Origin: Candidatus Sulfopaludibacter sp.
GTDB taxonomy: Bacteria > Verrucomicrobiota > Verrucomicrobiia > Limisphaerales > UBA11358
Direction of reading: 5' to 3'
Assembly (NCBI GenBank): GCA_035508155.1
Contig: DATJNM010000031.1
Coordinates: forward strand, 14,489 to 78,488
DNA length: 64,000 bases
In this document: positions 63,725 to 64,000 of the stretch, piece by piece
Layout: the number at the start of each line of letters is the position of its first letter
Numbering within the stretch: position 1 is the stretch's first letter
Position numbers and translations under genes: made by a program
Notes under the pieces: generated by a model
Seen by the model: only the letters and a program-made list of their open reading frames with translations
Told to the model about the DNA's origin: nothing
Database searches by the model: none

Positions 63725-64000
63725 TGTTGTCGTTTAGTAATCTTCGCATCTCAGACACGAAGCCTGTCCTGTAACAAGACAATCTCCGAACTGAACGGCT
63801 TCCATCCAACCGCCGGACCGAAAAGGCGGCATTCAAATGACGCAGGCTGACGAAGCAACGGCAGTGCCAAATACGATCATCAAAATCGTTTTGTTTTGGC
63901 TCAAAAAATGTTCCATCTTACGCGCGCAATGAGAAAGCTTCTGGCAGGCAACGGGAATGGGAACGGGAGCGGTGGTTTGATCCAGCGCACCGGCAAGCGG

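Noticed and set aside
63908-64000. Possible 5' end of a plus-strand gene (MFHLTRAMRKLLAGNGNGNGSGGLIQRTGKR..) running off the right edge
   Set aside because: Only 31 codons are visible, they are low-complexity with no motif, and this is insufficient evidence to call a feature.
1-64000. Search by eye for rRNA, tRNA, tmRNA, RNase P and SRP RNA signatures and for transposase, integrase or phage genes
   Set aside because: No T-loop (GGTTCGAATCC-like) contexts outside coding frames, no RNase P GAGGAAAGTCC motif, and no DDE/tyrosine-recombinase-like ORFs were seen. A covariance-model scan (tRNAscan-SE, Infernal) would be needed to exclude small RNAs formally.

Overview
High-GC (about 60%) bacterial chromosomal segment. 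Gene content and style suggest a Verrucomicrobiota or other PVC-group organism; this is an inference from the Bat/MoxR operon, many secreted proteins ending in an F[YF]R motif, and heptamer-repeat spacers. All family calls were made by eye from the ORF-track translations and the raw sequence, with no database search. I support about 64 protein genes, 2 probable pseudogenes or remnants, and several small repeats and hairpins. I saw no rRNA, tRNA, CRISPR array, transposase or integrase.

Layout:
- 1..4007 (-): complete stressosome module (rsbR-rsbS-rsbT-rsbX-like) fused in one operon to a histidine kinase with an RsbU_N-like N-terminus and a response regulator.
- 4.7-8.2 kb: orphan receiver, sigma-70, thioredoxin, Rrf2 regulator.
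- 8.4-17.5 kb (-): nine-gene MoxR/DUF58/VWA/BatD/BatE aerotolerance-type operon, interrupted by a low-GC HNH ORF.
- 19-21 kb: proB, mazG.
- 21.0-22.2 kb: a decayed Ig-repeat surface-protein gene.
- 23-27 kb: heterodimeric ABC exporter pair.
- 27-31 kb: two secreted proteins, one a GH13 amylase.
- 31-44 kb: accessory-looking stretch of small secreted or lipoproteins, a B12-radical SAM gene, and a BLUF photoreceptor next to a DUF155/RMD1-like membrane protein.
- 44-50 kb: receiver, MscS, GT39-like glycosyltransferase, and an ECF sigma factor fused to a polytopic membrane domain.
- 50-58.7 kb: housekeeping genes (rplU-rpmA-obg, rsmD, DAHP synthase).
- 58.7-63.7 kb: lipid-type locus with a degenerate SGNH protein, FadL, an HxxxDG acyltransferase-like gene and a second FadL.

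Most interesting signals:
- the stressosome-to-two-component wiring
- a ~68-aa in-frame insertion in Obg carrying a 27-nt perfect palindrome that recurs 3 kb away
- the membrane-fused ECF sigma
- the SGNH protein with three of its four signature catalytic residues substituted
- the BLUF/DUF155 pair
- the HNH insertion
- a family of heptamer-built inverted repeats in intergenic spacers
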